IMG/VR virus record: IMGVR_UViG_3300008117_000011
Location: 159,672 to 223,671 of that record
Direction: 5' to 3' (one strand)
Length of the DNA: 64,000 nt
Part shown: positions 38,502 to 50,018 of the stretch, in pieces
Layout: the number at the start of each line of letters is the position of its first letter
How positions within the stretch are numbered: the stretch's first letter is position 1
Notes under the pieces: generated by a model
The model's database searches: none
Seen by the model: the letters and a program-made list of their open reading frames with translations, nothing else
What the model was told of the DNA's origin: nothing
Made by a program: the position numbers and the translations under genes

Positions 38502-41500
38502 TTATCCTACCCAAGTTAACTTAACATAACTGTTCCACCAGAACGTAGTTGGTGCTGCATTTGTAGTATTTTGAGCACCCTGAACGCTTACAGTTACCGT
38601 TGTTACCGGCGCTAGAGTACCTTTTATTGTATAAATACCAGCTCCAGCTGTATTTGTTGCAAATTCTGAACCAGCAAATATAGTTCCTCCGGCGGCAATT
38701 TGATTATTTTCGTATAAACCATTACCAACACTATAATTACTTCCTAGGTCAATTCTACCCCAGGTTCCAGAAACTGTTAGTAATCTTAATCTTGCACCAC
38801 CAGCACCAGCTGTTACCCTACCATATAGTTCAATTTCATATATTGACCCAGCGTTAAGAACAAACGTCATACTAGGTAAATCAACAAATGTGTTATTAGT
38901 GAACGCTAAATCATTAGTTTGTCTAATAAAATCACCATAAAAAACTTTATGTCTAGCATCACTATTTGTTGTATATAGTTGATTACTATTATATTCTATC
39001 GTACCAGCCTCTGGTGTTGTATTTAATGTACCATTAGTAAATTTAAGAGGTGCAGTTCCAGCGGTTGCAGCTCCAGCTCCTAAATGTAGTTTTGCTGTTG
39101 GTGTTCCTTGTGTAATCCCAATAGCATTGGCGGACGCGTCTAAAAAAAACATATTTGTTTGCGTGTCTGACTCAATTCTAAAATCTGAATTAGCATCCCC
39201 CACTTCATTAAATATACTACTACCCTGAGTTGATCTGTATGCAATATTAGTGGTTCCAATAGAGGCTATCGCTTCAAATGCGATATTAGTTGCAGTCCCA
39301 TTAACAGAAGAATCAACCCCAATTGATGTACCACCAACAGAATCTGCGGAAGCTCTAAGACCAAATGTTTGCCCATTGGATGCATTTGATCTTCCGACCA
39401 GTAATCCACTTGATGGTCCTCCCGCCGCAGCAACACTTGATTGGTTAACAATACTATAAGGGTTTGCAAACGTTGTTGTTAAAAGCGAAGCGTTCCCTAT
39501 AAGATCAAGATTAAATGATGGTGTTGTATTTATACCTAGTTGCGTCCCATTAAATATTAAATTTGCTTCGCCTTGTAGTGTATTTGCCGTTCCGGTTGCT
39601 GTTACTACATAGTCATTTACGTTATTGTTTATAATAACACTAGCACCAGATGTCCCAGAAGAACCCCCACTACCTGCAGTACCAGAAGTACCATTAACTC
39701 CAGATGTTCCAGAAGTACCATTAACTCCAGATGTTCCAGAGGATCCACCACTCCCACTAGTACCTCTAGTGCCACTTGTCCCAGAAGAACCTCCACTACC
39801 CGCAGTACCACTCGTTCCATTTATTCCAGAAGTTCCAGAAGTTCCATTAACGCCAGAAGTCCCACTCGTTCCATTTATTCCACTAGTTCCACCACTACCC
39901 GCGGTACCTGATGTACCGTTAATACCAGAGGTTCCACCACTACCAGAAGTCCCTCTAGTACCACTTGTACCACCACTACCTGCGGTACCACTCGTTCCAT
40001 TTATTCCAGAAGTTCCACTCGTTCCATTTATCCCACTAGTACCAGAAGTTCCTGAAGAACCTCCGCTACCTGCAGTACCACTCGTTCCATTTATTCCAGA
40101 AGTTCCATTTATTCCACTTGTACCTCCACTACCAGAAGTACCATTTATTCCACTTGATCCTCCACTGCCAGAAGTTCCAGAGGTACCATTTATACCGGAA
40201 GTACCACTCGTTCCGTTAATACCAGAAGTCCCAGAAGTTCCACTCGTTCCGTTAATACCAGAAGTCCCAGAAGTTCCACCACTACCAGAAGTCCCTCTAG
40301 TACCACTCGTACCACTTGTTCCGTTAACACCAGAAGTTCCATTTGTTCCATTAATGCCAGATGTCCCTGAAGTTCCATTAATACCAGATGTCCCTGAAGA
40401 ACCACCACTACCAGAAGTCCCAGAAGTTCCAGAAGACCCCCCACTACCAGCAGTACCACTCGTTCCATTTATTCCCCCACTACCAGCAGTACCACTCGTT
40501 CCGTTTATTCCAGACGTGCCAGAAGTTCCTGAAGAACCTCCGCTACCGGATGTTCCATTAGTCCCATTTATTCCACTAGTTCCTGAAGTACCCCCACTAC
40601 CAGAAGTTCCACTTGTACCACCACTGCCCGCTGTACCTGATGTGCCATTAATACCAGAAGTTCCTCCGCTACCTGCAGTCCCACTCGTTCCGTTTATTCC
40701 AGACGTGCCAGAAGTTCCTGAAGTTCCTGAAGAACCTCCGCTACCGGATGTTCCATTAGTCCCAGAAGAACCACTTGTTCCGGATGTCCCATCAATTCCA
40801 CTAGTACCAGAAGTTCCGTTAACACCAGAAGTACCACTAGTCCCATCAATTCCACTAGTACCAGAAGTTCCGTTAACACCAGAAGTACCATTGGTTCCGG
40901 AAGACCCTCCACTACCGCTTGTCCCATTAGTTCCAGAAGATCCGCTAGTTCCATCAACACCACTAGTACCAGAGGTTCCATCAACACCACTAGTACCAGA
41001 GGTTCCATCAACACCACTAGTACCAGAAGTTCCGTCAACACCACTAGTACCAGAAGTTCCATTTGTTCCAGAAGTTCCATTAACACCACTAGTTCCAGAA
41101 GTTCCATTAACACCACTAGTTCCAGAAGTTCCATTAACACCACTAGTTCCAGAAGTTCCATCTACCCCACTAGTACCTGATGTACCGTCAATTCCACTGG
41201 TACCAGAAGTTCCGTTAGTACCTGATGTACCGCTAATACCATTGGTACCAGACGTTCCATCAATTCCAGAGGTTCCATTTATACCGCTTGTACCAGAAGA
41301 GCCATCTACGCCACTTGTTCCAGAAGTTCCATCTACCCCACTAGTACCGGAAGTTCCATCTACCCCACTAGTACCGGAAGTTCCATTTGTTCCAGAAGTA
41401 CCCCAGAGGTTCCACTTGTACCAGAAGTACCATCAATACCACTAGTACCAGAAGTTCCATCAATACCACTAGTACCGGATGTTCCGTCAATACCACTAGT

Positions 41501-41869
41501 ACCATCAATTCCAGAGGTCCCAGAGGTTCCGTCAATCCCTGATGTACCAGAAGTGCCGTCTATACCAGAGGTTCCGTCTACCCCACTAGTGCCAGATGTA
41601 CCATCAATACCTGATGTTCCAGAAGTACCATCAACACCAGAAGTACCAGAAGTTCCGTCTATACCAGAGGTCCCAGAGGTGCCTGCGGTTCCAGAAGTTC
41701 CACTTGAACCAAAAGTTGTTGATATATAGTTTGCAACTTGATCTATTGTTGCCTTATATGAAGAACCCCCTGAATATTGTATTGTATCACCGGTATTTAC
41801 GATGTGAATTAATGTATCACCAGTTATATATGGGGCAATTGTTCTATCTGTTAATCTTTGTTGTGACAT
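38502..41869 (-). CDS. Gly-Thr-Ser collagen-like fibre protein (~1121 aa if repaired), frame broken at 41401-41404
   Basis: ORF 41360..41869 leaves the GTS frame at a CCCC run; the other frame continues through the repeat into SGASVIINNNVNDYVVTATG..GEANLIF..FNEVGDANSDFRIESD and ORF 38502..39203; removing 2 nt gives 1122 codons. Confidence 0.8.
39645..41710 (-). repeat. ~2.06 kb coding Gly-X-Y repeat (GTS, GSS, GIN, GVN, GID, GVD, GTA, GTR), about 230 triplets
   Basis: 9 nt periodicity (gttccagaa / gtaccacta variants) with synonymous divergence. Confidence 0.92.
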
Positions 41870-41884
41870 ATCACATATAAATAT

Positions 41885-42190
41885 CTAGGCTTCAAAAATA
41901 AATGTTGGACCGTCCATAAATATGAAAATCATTTCATCCTCAAATATTTTAACAGTATTAATATCTGTAGAACATTCTAGATAAATAAATTTCTCACATC
42001 CATTTGAATCAATTATTTTAACTAATAGCTGGTCAACATTATCAAGTGGTGGTGGGACATTAAAGATTTGAATTGGCGTTATTGTTGTTGACGCACTAAC
42101 GGAAAAACAATATGTGTTTGTGATATCACAAACATATACATCATATGTTGGTGTTCCGGTAATTGCTGTAATTTGAATTTGCCTTGCCAC
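41885..42190 (-). CDS. Small hypothetical virion protein
   Basis: 101 aa; PTYDVYVCD..VKIIDSNGC; within the fibre block. Confidence 0.5.
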   Translation of the reverse strand: MARQIQITAITGTPTYDVYVCDITNTYCFSVSASTTITPIQIFNVPPPLDNVDQLLVKIIDSNGCEKFIYLECSTDINTVKIFEDEMIFIFMDGPTFIFEA

Positions 42191-42216
42191 TAAACTTTAT
42201 TAAAATACTAATTTAA

Positions 42217-45174
42217 TTAAACGTCATCTAACCAAGATAAAGATACTTGAGCACCAGTATTGTTACCACCAGTTGCAATTATAGATACAGTTTCACCTGG
42301 ATTTATAAAAATTTCATAATTAGAAATATCAATAGTGTTACTATCCGTTTTATTTAAAATTGTTTTATATGCGGATCTACCAGTTCCTGCAGTGTAAGTC
42401 CCGTCAATAGCCGCTTGTACAGGTGAATTTACACTTACTGATGTATATGTTGGTGCCACTGAAAACGTACCATTTTTAACTAAATTAAATGTTATAGTAC
42501 TTACACCATCTGTTACAAGTGTTAATGTTTTAATAAGTGCAATTGTTTTATTTGGTACACCATTAAATGTTAGTGGGTTTGATAATGATATCATACTTTT
42601 ATTTGCCGTTGCACCAGGACTACCGTCTGCCGAATAATTGACACCATTATATATAATTATACCCTCAACAAACGCAGCCATTGATGCGTTTTTTATTGAA
42701 ACTGCGGTATTATTTGTTGTGTTTTGTGATATAAAACTAATTGGAAATGTTGGGTTAATTAAACTTGGTGATGTGTTTTGATTTGCAAATTTAATTTGAT
42801 GTGCCGGTGAAAAAAGACCTGTGGTCGCACTTTCAATATTAAATTGAATGGCCCCAAATCCTAACCATTGTACAACAATTTCATATACATTTCCTTTTGT
42901 TGGATCTAATAATACCCCACTTGGATTACTAGGGTTTGGTGAACTTTGTGTTGATGACCCATCAAATTTGTCAATGTTCCAAGAAGTTTGAGGAATAAAT
43001 TCATCGGTTCCTTGAAATCTTCTCATAACACCAAATGATGTCCCACTATATCCAATAAAAAATCCATTTGTGTTATCACCCCATCCAGCCCACTGAGTGT
43101 TTCCTGTAGCACCACTTGTAAATAAACAAGTAAATCTAATGTTTAATCCTTGACCATTTCTATATTTTGCTAGTTTTACAGTTCTTAATTGACCTGTGTT
43201 ATTAGTTGCTGCCGCTGTTGAGATGTTTACAAAAGTATTACCACTTTCGTAAGTAACGGTTCCACCAGTTGTAAAACCTGTTGTTATTAAATCAGTATTA
43301 ATACCGTATGGGTGTGTAATTTGAATAAGTGGTGACATTTCAGCAACTTGTAGTTCACCAAAAGCAGTTAATGGTTCGTCAATTTGAACTTTTAAGTGAC
43401 CCTCTTCATCAACACCAACGTTTCTAAAATTAAACCCCTCATCTTGACCCAATAGAATGTTTCTACCTAAGTTCGCTAAAACCTCTGGTGGTACTGGTGA
43501 GTTTGTTGAAAGTAAAAAACCACTTAAAGGTTTTATAAGTAATTTAGTATCAAAATAAAAATCCGTTTGATTTGTTGATGATGTATTTGTAAATTCTAAT
43601 TTAGCGTATGGTGAAAGTGCTGGTGATGAAAATGTTTGTAGTCCAGCGCCAGCTACATACATCACCATAGATGTCCTTAATAAATCAGTCCCAGCAGAAT
43701 CACTATAAAAATAAACGGTCAATATACCATCTGTATCTGAAAGAATTGATGTTTGTTGTTGTGAAAAATCTGGTGAAAGAGCAAAAACTGATGATGTATA
43801 TGTTTGACCAGACAACAATGGTGTTGTTGTTTTAAAAGCAAAACCATCTTGTCTAGTGTTAGCATAAGTACCATCAGGTTGAACCCCAGCTGTAATATTT
43901 CTACCCAAGTTTGCAACCATACCAGATGCAATTGGTGCAGTTAAATTAAGTACTTGACCATTAATTGATTTTGTTGTGAATTTTGTATCAAAATAAAAAT
44001 CGGTTTGTCCTGTTGCTGAGGTATTCTCAAAAGTATATTTTATGTAAGGAGCAAATGCTGGTGCACCAAACATTTGAAAACCATCAGTCGCCGCGTAAGG
44101 TAAACTTAGTGTTCTTATTTGGTCAGTACCAGCAGAATCAGAATACCAAAACACTCTTAATGTACCTGCTTGGTCTGCTCTTACGTGTGTTTGAACTTGT
44201 GAAAACCCAGGTGATAGTGCTAAAACCCCTGAGTCATATGTTTGACCTGAAGCTAAAGGCGTTGTGGTTAAAAACGCATAACCATCTGTTTTAACATTTT
44301 CATAACTACCGTCAGGTTCTTGACCAACAATAACATTCCTTCCTAAGTTTGCTACCATACCTGCCGCTATAGGGGCTGCCAAATTTAAAACTTGTCCATT
44401 AATTGATTTTGTTGTGAATTTTGTATCAAAATAAAAATCAGTTTGACCAGTTGCTGAAGTGTTTTCAAAAGTATATTTTATGTAAGGAGCAAAAGCCGGA
44501 GCCCCAAACATTTGGAACCCGTCAGTTGCCGCGTACGGTAAAGTTAGAACCCTTATTTCATCTGTACCCGCAGAATCAGAATACCAAAACACTCTTAATG
44601 TACCTGCCTGATCCGCTCTTACGTGGGTTTGAACTTGTGAATAACCGGGAGATAAAGCTAAAACACCTGAGTTAAAAGTTTGACCTGAACCCAAAGGTGT
44701 TGTTGTTAAAAATCCATACCCATCTGCTTTTAAGTTATCATAATTACCATCAGGGTCCTCACCAATTATAACAGATTTTGTAACATTTGCATCCCAATCT
44801 GTTTGTAATGAACCACTAAGATTTGAAGTTAGTGCTTCAAAATCACCTGCGGTTGTTTGTAATCTAATAAAAGTTTGGTTAGAATTACTTGTATTTGTAA
44901 ATCTAACCCTTGCATATTGTCTTGTAATAGTTATTCTGTGTACCTCATTTGTATTAGCACTTACGGACCAAGATATTGTGCTATCAGTATTTACACCATC
45001 TGGTGAAAAATCTAAAAATAATGTACCATTTTGATCTGTAAGAACCGCCATAACTATAGCGGAATATCTTTCAACGTCTACATATGTTCCGGTAAATGTT
45101 GTGCCCGACAATAATGGTGTTGTTGTTGAATTTGTGTCTAATACTTTATTTACTATTTGTGGTATAAAAGCCAT
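42217..45174 (-). CDS. Virion/fibre protein with tandem ~146 aa domains
   Basis: Unit TTTPLxSGQT..FYFDTK..ANLGRN repeats at 438 nt spacing (44581 vs 44143). Confidence 0.65.
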   Translation of the reverse strand: MAFIPQIVNKVLDTNSTTTPLLSGTTFTGTYVDVERYSAIVMAVLTDQNGTLFLDFSPDGVNTDSTISWSVSANTNEVHRITITRQYARVRFTNTSNSNQTFIRLQTTAGDFEALTSNLSGSLQTDWDANVTKSVIIGEDPDGNYDNLKADGYGFLTTTPLGSGQTFNSGVLALSPGYSQVQTHVRADQAGTLRVFWYSDSAGTDEIRVLTLPYAATDGFQMFGAPAFAPYIKYTFENTSATGQTDFYFDTKFTTKSINGQVLNLAAPIAAGMVANLGRNVIVGQEPDGSYENVKTDGYAFLTTTPLASGQTYDSGVLALSPGFSQVQTHVRADQAGTLRVFWYSDSAGTDQIRTLSLPYAATDGFQMFGAPAFAPYIKYTFENTSATGQTDFYFDTKFTTKSINGQVLNLTAPIASGMVANLGRNITAGVQPDGTYANTRQDGFAFKTTTPLLSGQTYTSSVFALSPDFSQQQTSILSDTDGILTVYFYSDSAGTDLLRTSMVMYVAGAGLQTFSSPALSPYAKLEFTNTSSTNQTDFYFDTKLLIKPLSGFLLSTNSPVPPEVLANLGRNILLGQDEGFNFRNVGVDEEGHLKVQIDEPLTAFGELQVAEMSPLIQITHPYGINTDLITTGFTTGGTVTYESGNTFVNISTAAATNNTGQLRTVKLAKYRNGQGLNIRFTCLFTSGATGNTQWAGWGDNTNGFFIGYSGTSFGVMRRFQGTDEFIPQTSWNIDKFDGSSTQSSPNPSNPSGVLLDPTKGNVYEIVVQWLGFGAIQFNIESATTGLFSPAHQIKFANQNTSPSLINPTFPISFISQNTTNNTAVSIKNASMAAFVEGIIIYNGVNYSADGSPGATANKSMISLSNPLTFNGVPNKTIALIKTLTLVTDGVSTITFNLVKNGTFSVAPTYTSVSVNSPVQAAIDGTYTAGTGRSAYKTILNKTDSNTIDISNYEIFINPGETVSIIATGGNNTGAQVSLSWLDDV

Positions 45175-45201
45175 AACCTTTTTAATTTAAATATTTTAAT
45201 G

Positions 45202-48153
45202 TTACATTTGTAACCAAGTTCCTGTTCCTGTATTAAATAATATAATTGCACCTCCATCGGCATCTAATATTAGTGTTTGTGTGTTTTCAACTCCAATAAT
45301 TGTGTCTGTACCATTTGCAATAAATGTTATATTATTAATATATGAGTTTAACCCAATGTCTTTAACATCATACCTTAATCTACCAGATGTAACAGAATTA
45401 GGTAAATAAATTGTAGTTGCTGATATTGAAGAGTCAACACCAATAACATTGTCGGTTGTAAGGGCTGAATATGTGGCGCCGCTAACATAGGTGTAGTTAT
45501 TTCCAATAGTATTAACATTTCTATACTCAACCACACCAGTTGTTTCATTTCTCCCTAAAATTTGTGTTAAATTGTTATTAAGGTTTGGTATATCTGATAT
45601 TGTAATGGTGTTAGCGGTAAACCCATTTTGTACAACTGTTCCACCAGTAACAATTAAATCACCATCATATACTAAATCACCAACAACAACGACATCCCCC
45701 ACAACATCTAAATTACCATTAATACAAGTATTTCCTGTTACAGATAAAGTACACCCTGTTGTGTGTCCAGAAATATTGAATGACCCAATTTGGTTTGTGT
45801 TTCCTGTTACATTATAGTTACCAATCTGTGTTGTATTACCAGAAATTGTATAATTACCATTTAATGTTTTTGTATATTCCCAATATCCTTGTGATGAATT
45901 ATATGATATTAAATCACCATTTGTTTGACCACTAGTTTGAACATTGTGTAAATCACCTAAGTTATATCCTAATGATGGTCTGACAAATAGTGAACCATTA
46001 ACAGCAGCATCAATAACAATAGCCATTTGGATTTTAAGGTTTGGTTCAGTAGGTTCAAAACTAGTTAACCCACCAGGTATTGTTGGACTTACATAAAGTA
46101 TCGTACCATCAACCCAGGTTTCACCATATAGTGAACCTGTAGTGTTTACCCCCCTAATTAAGCCAAATTCATAAACATAACCATCTTCACCATTTAATAT
46201 GTTTTCCCCAGCAATACCTAATGTAAAATAGTATGGAATAGTACCATCTGCAATCATATACTCACCAAGTATTCTACCACTAGTACCAAGAGTACCAGAC
46301 GCTCTGACAACCCTACCTTTATTTATTGTCGCACCACTTTGGTTTTTAATATAATATAGATTGTCTAAACCAACTTTAAGGCTTACGTTATTTCCTTCTA
46401 AATCAACATCAAGTGTTCCATAATCAACATCCCAATGAAGCCTACCTTCTTGTACTGTTGGTACGTATGCGGTATTAAAATCAATGTAATTTGTATATAC
46501 TGATGTTGCGGATAATGAATTAAATTTTGAATCCCCCGATGCGGTAATCCAAGCAGTTTCAACACCCGCATTGTTCTCAACGATAATATTTTTATCATTA
46601 TCATTTCCAGTACCACCTTTAAATTGAACCCCCCCTAATATTGAATTTGTTGTAATTTCAGGTGATGTTGAATTATTATATGCTTGTTGTAAATTTGTTG
46701 TGGATGTTCCACCAAACTTAGACGCAAAAAAGAATTTAGCCTTAGTTTCGTCAGTTAAATCAGTTGCCGTACTTAATACAGATAAAACACCTATAAGAAC
46801 AGCATCGGTACTTAAATTAGGGAATGATATAAATGATTCATTTTGTAATGCTGAAATTGCTAATGCTAGTGTATTGTAATTTTGTTGACCATACATTACC
46901 ACAACTGAACCATCTTGTTGTAAGTAAATTCTTTGATTTGTTGCCTTTGTTCCTGTTATTGGTGTAATAACACCACCAAGGTCATAATTTAAAGGGTCAA
47001 TATCTGTTACATCTGTCAATGTCGCCCCTGTTTGTGTTCTATATTGAAATGTTCTAGGGTTTTCTCCTGTAACGTAAATAGTGTTTGGACTTAAAGTATT
47101 ATTTGCAAAATTAATACCTAACCCATATAGATAGCCAGCACTTGTATTAAACTTTAAATTAGCCCCATTTGTTGATGGTAGTATACCTCCATTAATTAAA
47201 TTAATAGGTGTGAACATATCTCGTAATTGACCCAATGGGGATAAAACAAAATCAGGTTGACTAAATACTGAATAAATTGATGTTTTATCTGGGTGGCTTA
47301 ATTTACCTAAAAATATATTTTGTCTTCTTTGTTGTTCCGATAAAGGTGTTGATTGTTGTGATATTGTACCACCACTATTTAAAAAAACAAATGTTTCAGT
47401 GGAAGTGTTAACAAAATTATCTGTGTTTACCCCACCACTATAAGATAAATAATATATTTGTGGACTTAAAGGGTTTGATGTGTCATCAACAATCCACCCT
47501 TTAACTGGTGATACATAAAATGTTGTTGTTGATGCTGTTGTAATACCTGTAAATTCAAACACACCTGTTGATGAGTTTACCGTAGATATATTATATCCTA
47601 AAGCTACCCAATCAGAACCATTACTAACCAATTGTAACGCATTTGTTTCACCAAGTATCACAAATGGTTTATCATCTATTGTTTCTGAACCAAAAGGTTG
47701 TACTGTTACAGCGCCTCCTCCATTATTTTTAATATTATATAATTTACCTTGTACACCTACCGCAGTTGGTAAATATATTGTAAAAGTTCCACCAGAAGCA
47801 TCTATCATAAAATCTTCTGTTTGTGCTGTATACGTTGAATTAATTGTCTTCTGTGGAAATATAATACCACCAGTTGATGTAATACCACTAGTTTGTGTTA
47901 AACCACTAACAAATAATGTATCGGCTGATAGACCATTTGTAAAAATTGTAGGACCGTAAACAGTTCCTCCGGATAATGTTGATAATCTATCCCACCCTAT
48001 TGGGAGTATTTGATTTGCTGTTGATCCTGATGTATATAAAATTGCATCAGCTGTATTAAGTGCTAATTCACCAGATGTTAGTCCACTTGCGGGTGGAACT
48101 TTTCCTGGGACATTAGACCTTTTAATAAGGAATGTCGTTTGTCTATTTGCCAT
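45202..48153 (-). CDS. Tail fibre-like protein, 983 aa
   Basis: N-terminal IKRSNVPGKVP..LTSGELALNTAD fibre motif; TNLQQAY; GNLDVVGD-type repeats; two IYLP..IK..TI..W modules. Confidence 0.65.
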   Translation of the reverse strand: MANRQTTFLIKRSNVPGKVPPASGLTSGELALNTADAILYTSGSTANQILPIGWDRLSTLSGGTVYGPTIFTNGLSADTLFVSGLTQTSGITSTGGIIFPQKTINSTYTAQTEDFMIDASGGTFTIYLPTAVGVQGKLYNIKNNGGGAVTVQPFGSETIDDKPFVILGETNALQLVSNGSDWVALGYNISTVNSSTGVFEFTGITTASTTTFYVSPVKGWIVDDTSNPLSPQIYYLSYSGGVNTDNFVNTSTETFVFLNSGGTISQQSTPLSEQQRRQNIFLGKLSHPDKTSIYSVFSQPDFVLSPLGQLRDMFTPINLINGGILPSTNGANLKFNTSAGYLYGLGINFANNTLSPNTIYVTGENPRTFQYRTQTGATLTDVTDIDPLNYDLGGVITPITGTKATNQRIYLQQDGSVVVMYGQQNYNTLALAISALQNESFISFPNLSTDAVLIGVLSVLSTATDLTDETKAKFFFASKFGGTSTTNLQQAYNNSTSPEITTNSILGGVQFKGGTGNDNDKNIIVENNAGVETAWITASGDSKFNSLSATSVYTNYIDFNTAYVPTVQEGRLHWDVDYGTLDVDLEGNNVSLKVGLDNLYYIKNQSGATINKGRVVRASGTLGTSGRILGEYMIADGTIPYYFTLGIAGENILNGEDGYVYEFGLIRGVNTTGSLYGETWVDGTILYVSPTIPGGLTSFEPTEPNLKIQMAIVIDAAVNGSLFVRPSLGYNLGDLHNVQTSGQTNGDLISYNSSQGYWEYTKTLNGNYTISGNTTQIGNYNVTGNTNQIGSFNISGHTTGCTLSVTGNTCINGNLDVVGDVVVVGDLVYDGDLIVTGGTVVQNGFTANTITISDIPNLNNNLTQILGRNETTGVVEYRNVNTIGNNYTYVSGATYSALTTDNVIGVDSSISATTIYLPNSVTSGRLRYDVKDIGLNSYINNITFIANGTDTIIGVENTQTLILDADGGAIILFNTGTGTWLQM

Positions 48154-48239
48154 ATATATGACTTAAATTATATGTAATGGTTATATAACCTTTTTTATAA
48201 ATACTAATGGTTGATAAAAAAAATTAAATTATTTGAAAT

Positions 48240-48270
48240 AAAAAAGGGGAGTTACCCTCCCCCTTTTTTG
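48240..48270 (-). terminator. Intrinsic terminator after 48305..49987
   Basis: aaaaaggggag-ttacc-ctcccccttttt. Confidence 0.65.
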
Positions 48271-48304
48271 TATTAAAATTATTTGTTGTTAGTAATAACT
48301 ACCC

Positions 48305-49987
48305 TTAGTAGCTGCCCCCATCTAAAACATCAAATTCGGCCAAGACTCTAACCCCATTAAATGAACCATCATCAGTAGGGTCTGTACTTCTAATTACAAT
48401 GTCATTTAATTGTGTAACCCAACCTCTATTTGGATATCCAGTAAGAGCAGTATATTCTGTAACACTTGGTACCTCTGTTCCGGTAAGACCTGTAAGGTTT
48501 TGCATTCTTACAATATCAAAATTAACATCACCAGCCGCAATACCATTACCGTCTTGGATTGTAAATCCGGCGTTAACAGATGTTGCAATTGTTGATCCAG
48601 TTGGGTTATAGTTTAATGTAATGTTTGGGTCTTCTACGTAAAGGTTGCTTGTAAATGCTGATATTGCAGCTCCAAGTACCGTTAAGTCACCTTGGATTAC
48701 AACATTACCTGCGGCATCAATGTTATCAACACTTAAAGTATTTGTTCCGTCATTGTATGTGAATGTTGATTCATCTGTTAGTAATCCTCCAGGTCCAACA
48801 TAAACAACTCTTCCCTGTGTAAGGTTTGAGAAACTTAAACCAGAAACTGTGTTGATTGACGCAACCAAATCTGGTTGTCCTTCATTTTGAGAAATTGTGA
48901 AAGTATTTGTTGTTGGACTATATGTAAAACCTGTAACATATGTATCGTTAATATCAATACCAGATAAACTAACGCTATACACAACACCATCATTTCTTGT
49001 AAAGTCTAAAGCTTCAGTTCCAGAGTTGTATGTTCCACCAGTTGTATAAACGTTTGTATATGGTAATGTGTATGTACCAGGAGCAACGTCTTGATTATAT
49101 AACAATCCAATTGACGCTGTACTAGTATTATCGGTAGCAGCCGTATTTGTACCACCGGTAACATAAGTGTCGTTTGTGTCAATAGTGCTTAAATCAACAG
49201 TATATGATGTACTATCATTTTTAACAAAAGTAATTAATTTATTACCATTGTTGTATGTACCACCAGTTGTAAATGTATCTTGTGTTGTGATAAAATAAGG
49301 GCCACCTATAGGTGTGCCGTGATAATCTAACTGAGCTGATTGTGTCGGTGTATCGTTAGTTGACGGAGTTAAAGTATTTCCAGTAACATAAACATCATTT
49401 GTTTGACTAAAAGCTGTAAGCGATCCATAATTTACAATCTCTAATGAGCTTGATCCAGTTGCGGTTGTGTTATAAAGTCCAGTACCAGTAATTGTTAAAT
49501 TATTAACAACTTCAGTTCCGGTTACATTTAAATTACCATTAATTGTAAGAGCTGTAAAAGAATCAATTGTTACTGGAACAGCTGGCTTACCATTATTTAG
49601 TTCAATTGTTAGTACATTTGGTGACCAAGTAGCTCCAGTTGTATATGAGTCAACAGATGCCGCAATGTCCGTTATATCTGCCAACACAAAACCAGATGTT
49701 GTACCAGAAAGGAATTTACCAACAAGCCCAGAACCAGTTTGGTCTTGATATTTTGTGATTTGATTTCTTAATCTTAAATCATAGAGATTAGAACCAACCT
49801 CAAAAAAGTTTGCTGTAGTACCTGTTCCTGCCGGAGTCCATTCTGCTGTTGATGTTGTAAATCCTGAGAAAAATACAATACCATCTGCGGTATTAACAAT
49901 TGGTTCACCTTTTAATAGACTACTAGGTAATGGTCTATTAACTATATCTGAATTTTTTAAAACGTGTGTTGTGTTTCTTATTGCCAT
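48305..49987 (-). CDS. Tail fibre-like protein, 560 aa
   Basis: LLKGEPIVNTADG N-terminus; repeated DTYVTGGT / TTGGTY units; GDLTVLG..VEDPNITLN; ends LDGGSY. Confidence 0.65.
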   Translation of the reverse strand: MAIRNTTHVLKNSDIVNRPLPSSLLKGEPIVNTADGIVFFSGFTTSTAEWTPAGTGTTANFFEVGSNLYDLRLRNQITKYQDQTGSGLVGKFLSGTTSGFVLADITDIAASVDSYTTGATWSPNVLTIELNNGKPAVPVTIDSFTALTINGNLNVTGTEVVNNLTITGTGLYNTTATGSSSLEIVNYGSLTAFSQTNDVYVTGNTLTPSTNDTPTQSAQLDYHGTPIGGPYFITTQDTFTTGGTYNNGNKLITFVKNDSTSYTVDLSTIDTNDTYVTGGTNTAATDNTSTASIGLLYNQDVAPGTYTLPYTNVYTTGGTYNSGTEALDFTRNDGVVYSVSLSGIDINDTYVTGFTYSPTTNTFTISQNEGQPDLVASINTVSGLSFSNLTQGRVVYVGPGGLLTDESTFTYNDGTNTLSVDNIDAAGNVVIQGDLTVLGAAISAFTSNLYVEDPNITLNYNPTGSTIATSVNAGFTIQDGNGIAAGDVNFDIVRMQNLTGLTGTEVPSVTEYTALTGYPNRGWVTQLNDIVIRSTDPTDDGSFNGVRVLAEFDVLDGGSY

Positions 49988-50018
49988 AACTTATTTTATT
50001 TAATAAATATTTACTTTT

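Noticed and set aside
39625-41445. 606 aa plus-strand Pro/Val/Glu ORF (PEVP repeats)
   Set aside because: Antisense shadow of the GTS repeat; the minus frame has unique N- and C-terminal domains and matches the orientation of neighbouring genes
39645-41710. Possible CRISPR array or non-coding satellite
   Set aside because: 9 nt codon-phased periodicity with synonymous variation, no unique spacers and no cas genes
42217-45174. Diversity-generating retroelement template/variable repeat pair
   Set aside because: Repeats are in-frame tandem domains whose differences are mostly synonymous rather than adenine-specific, and no reverse transcriptase is present in the window
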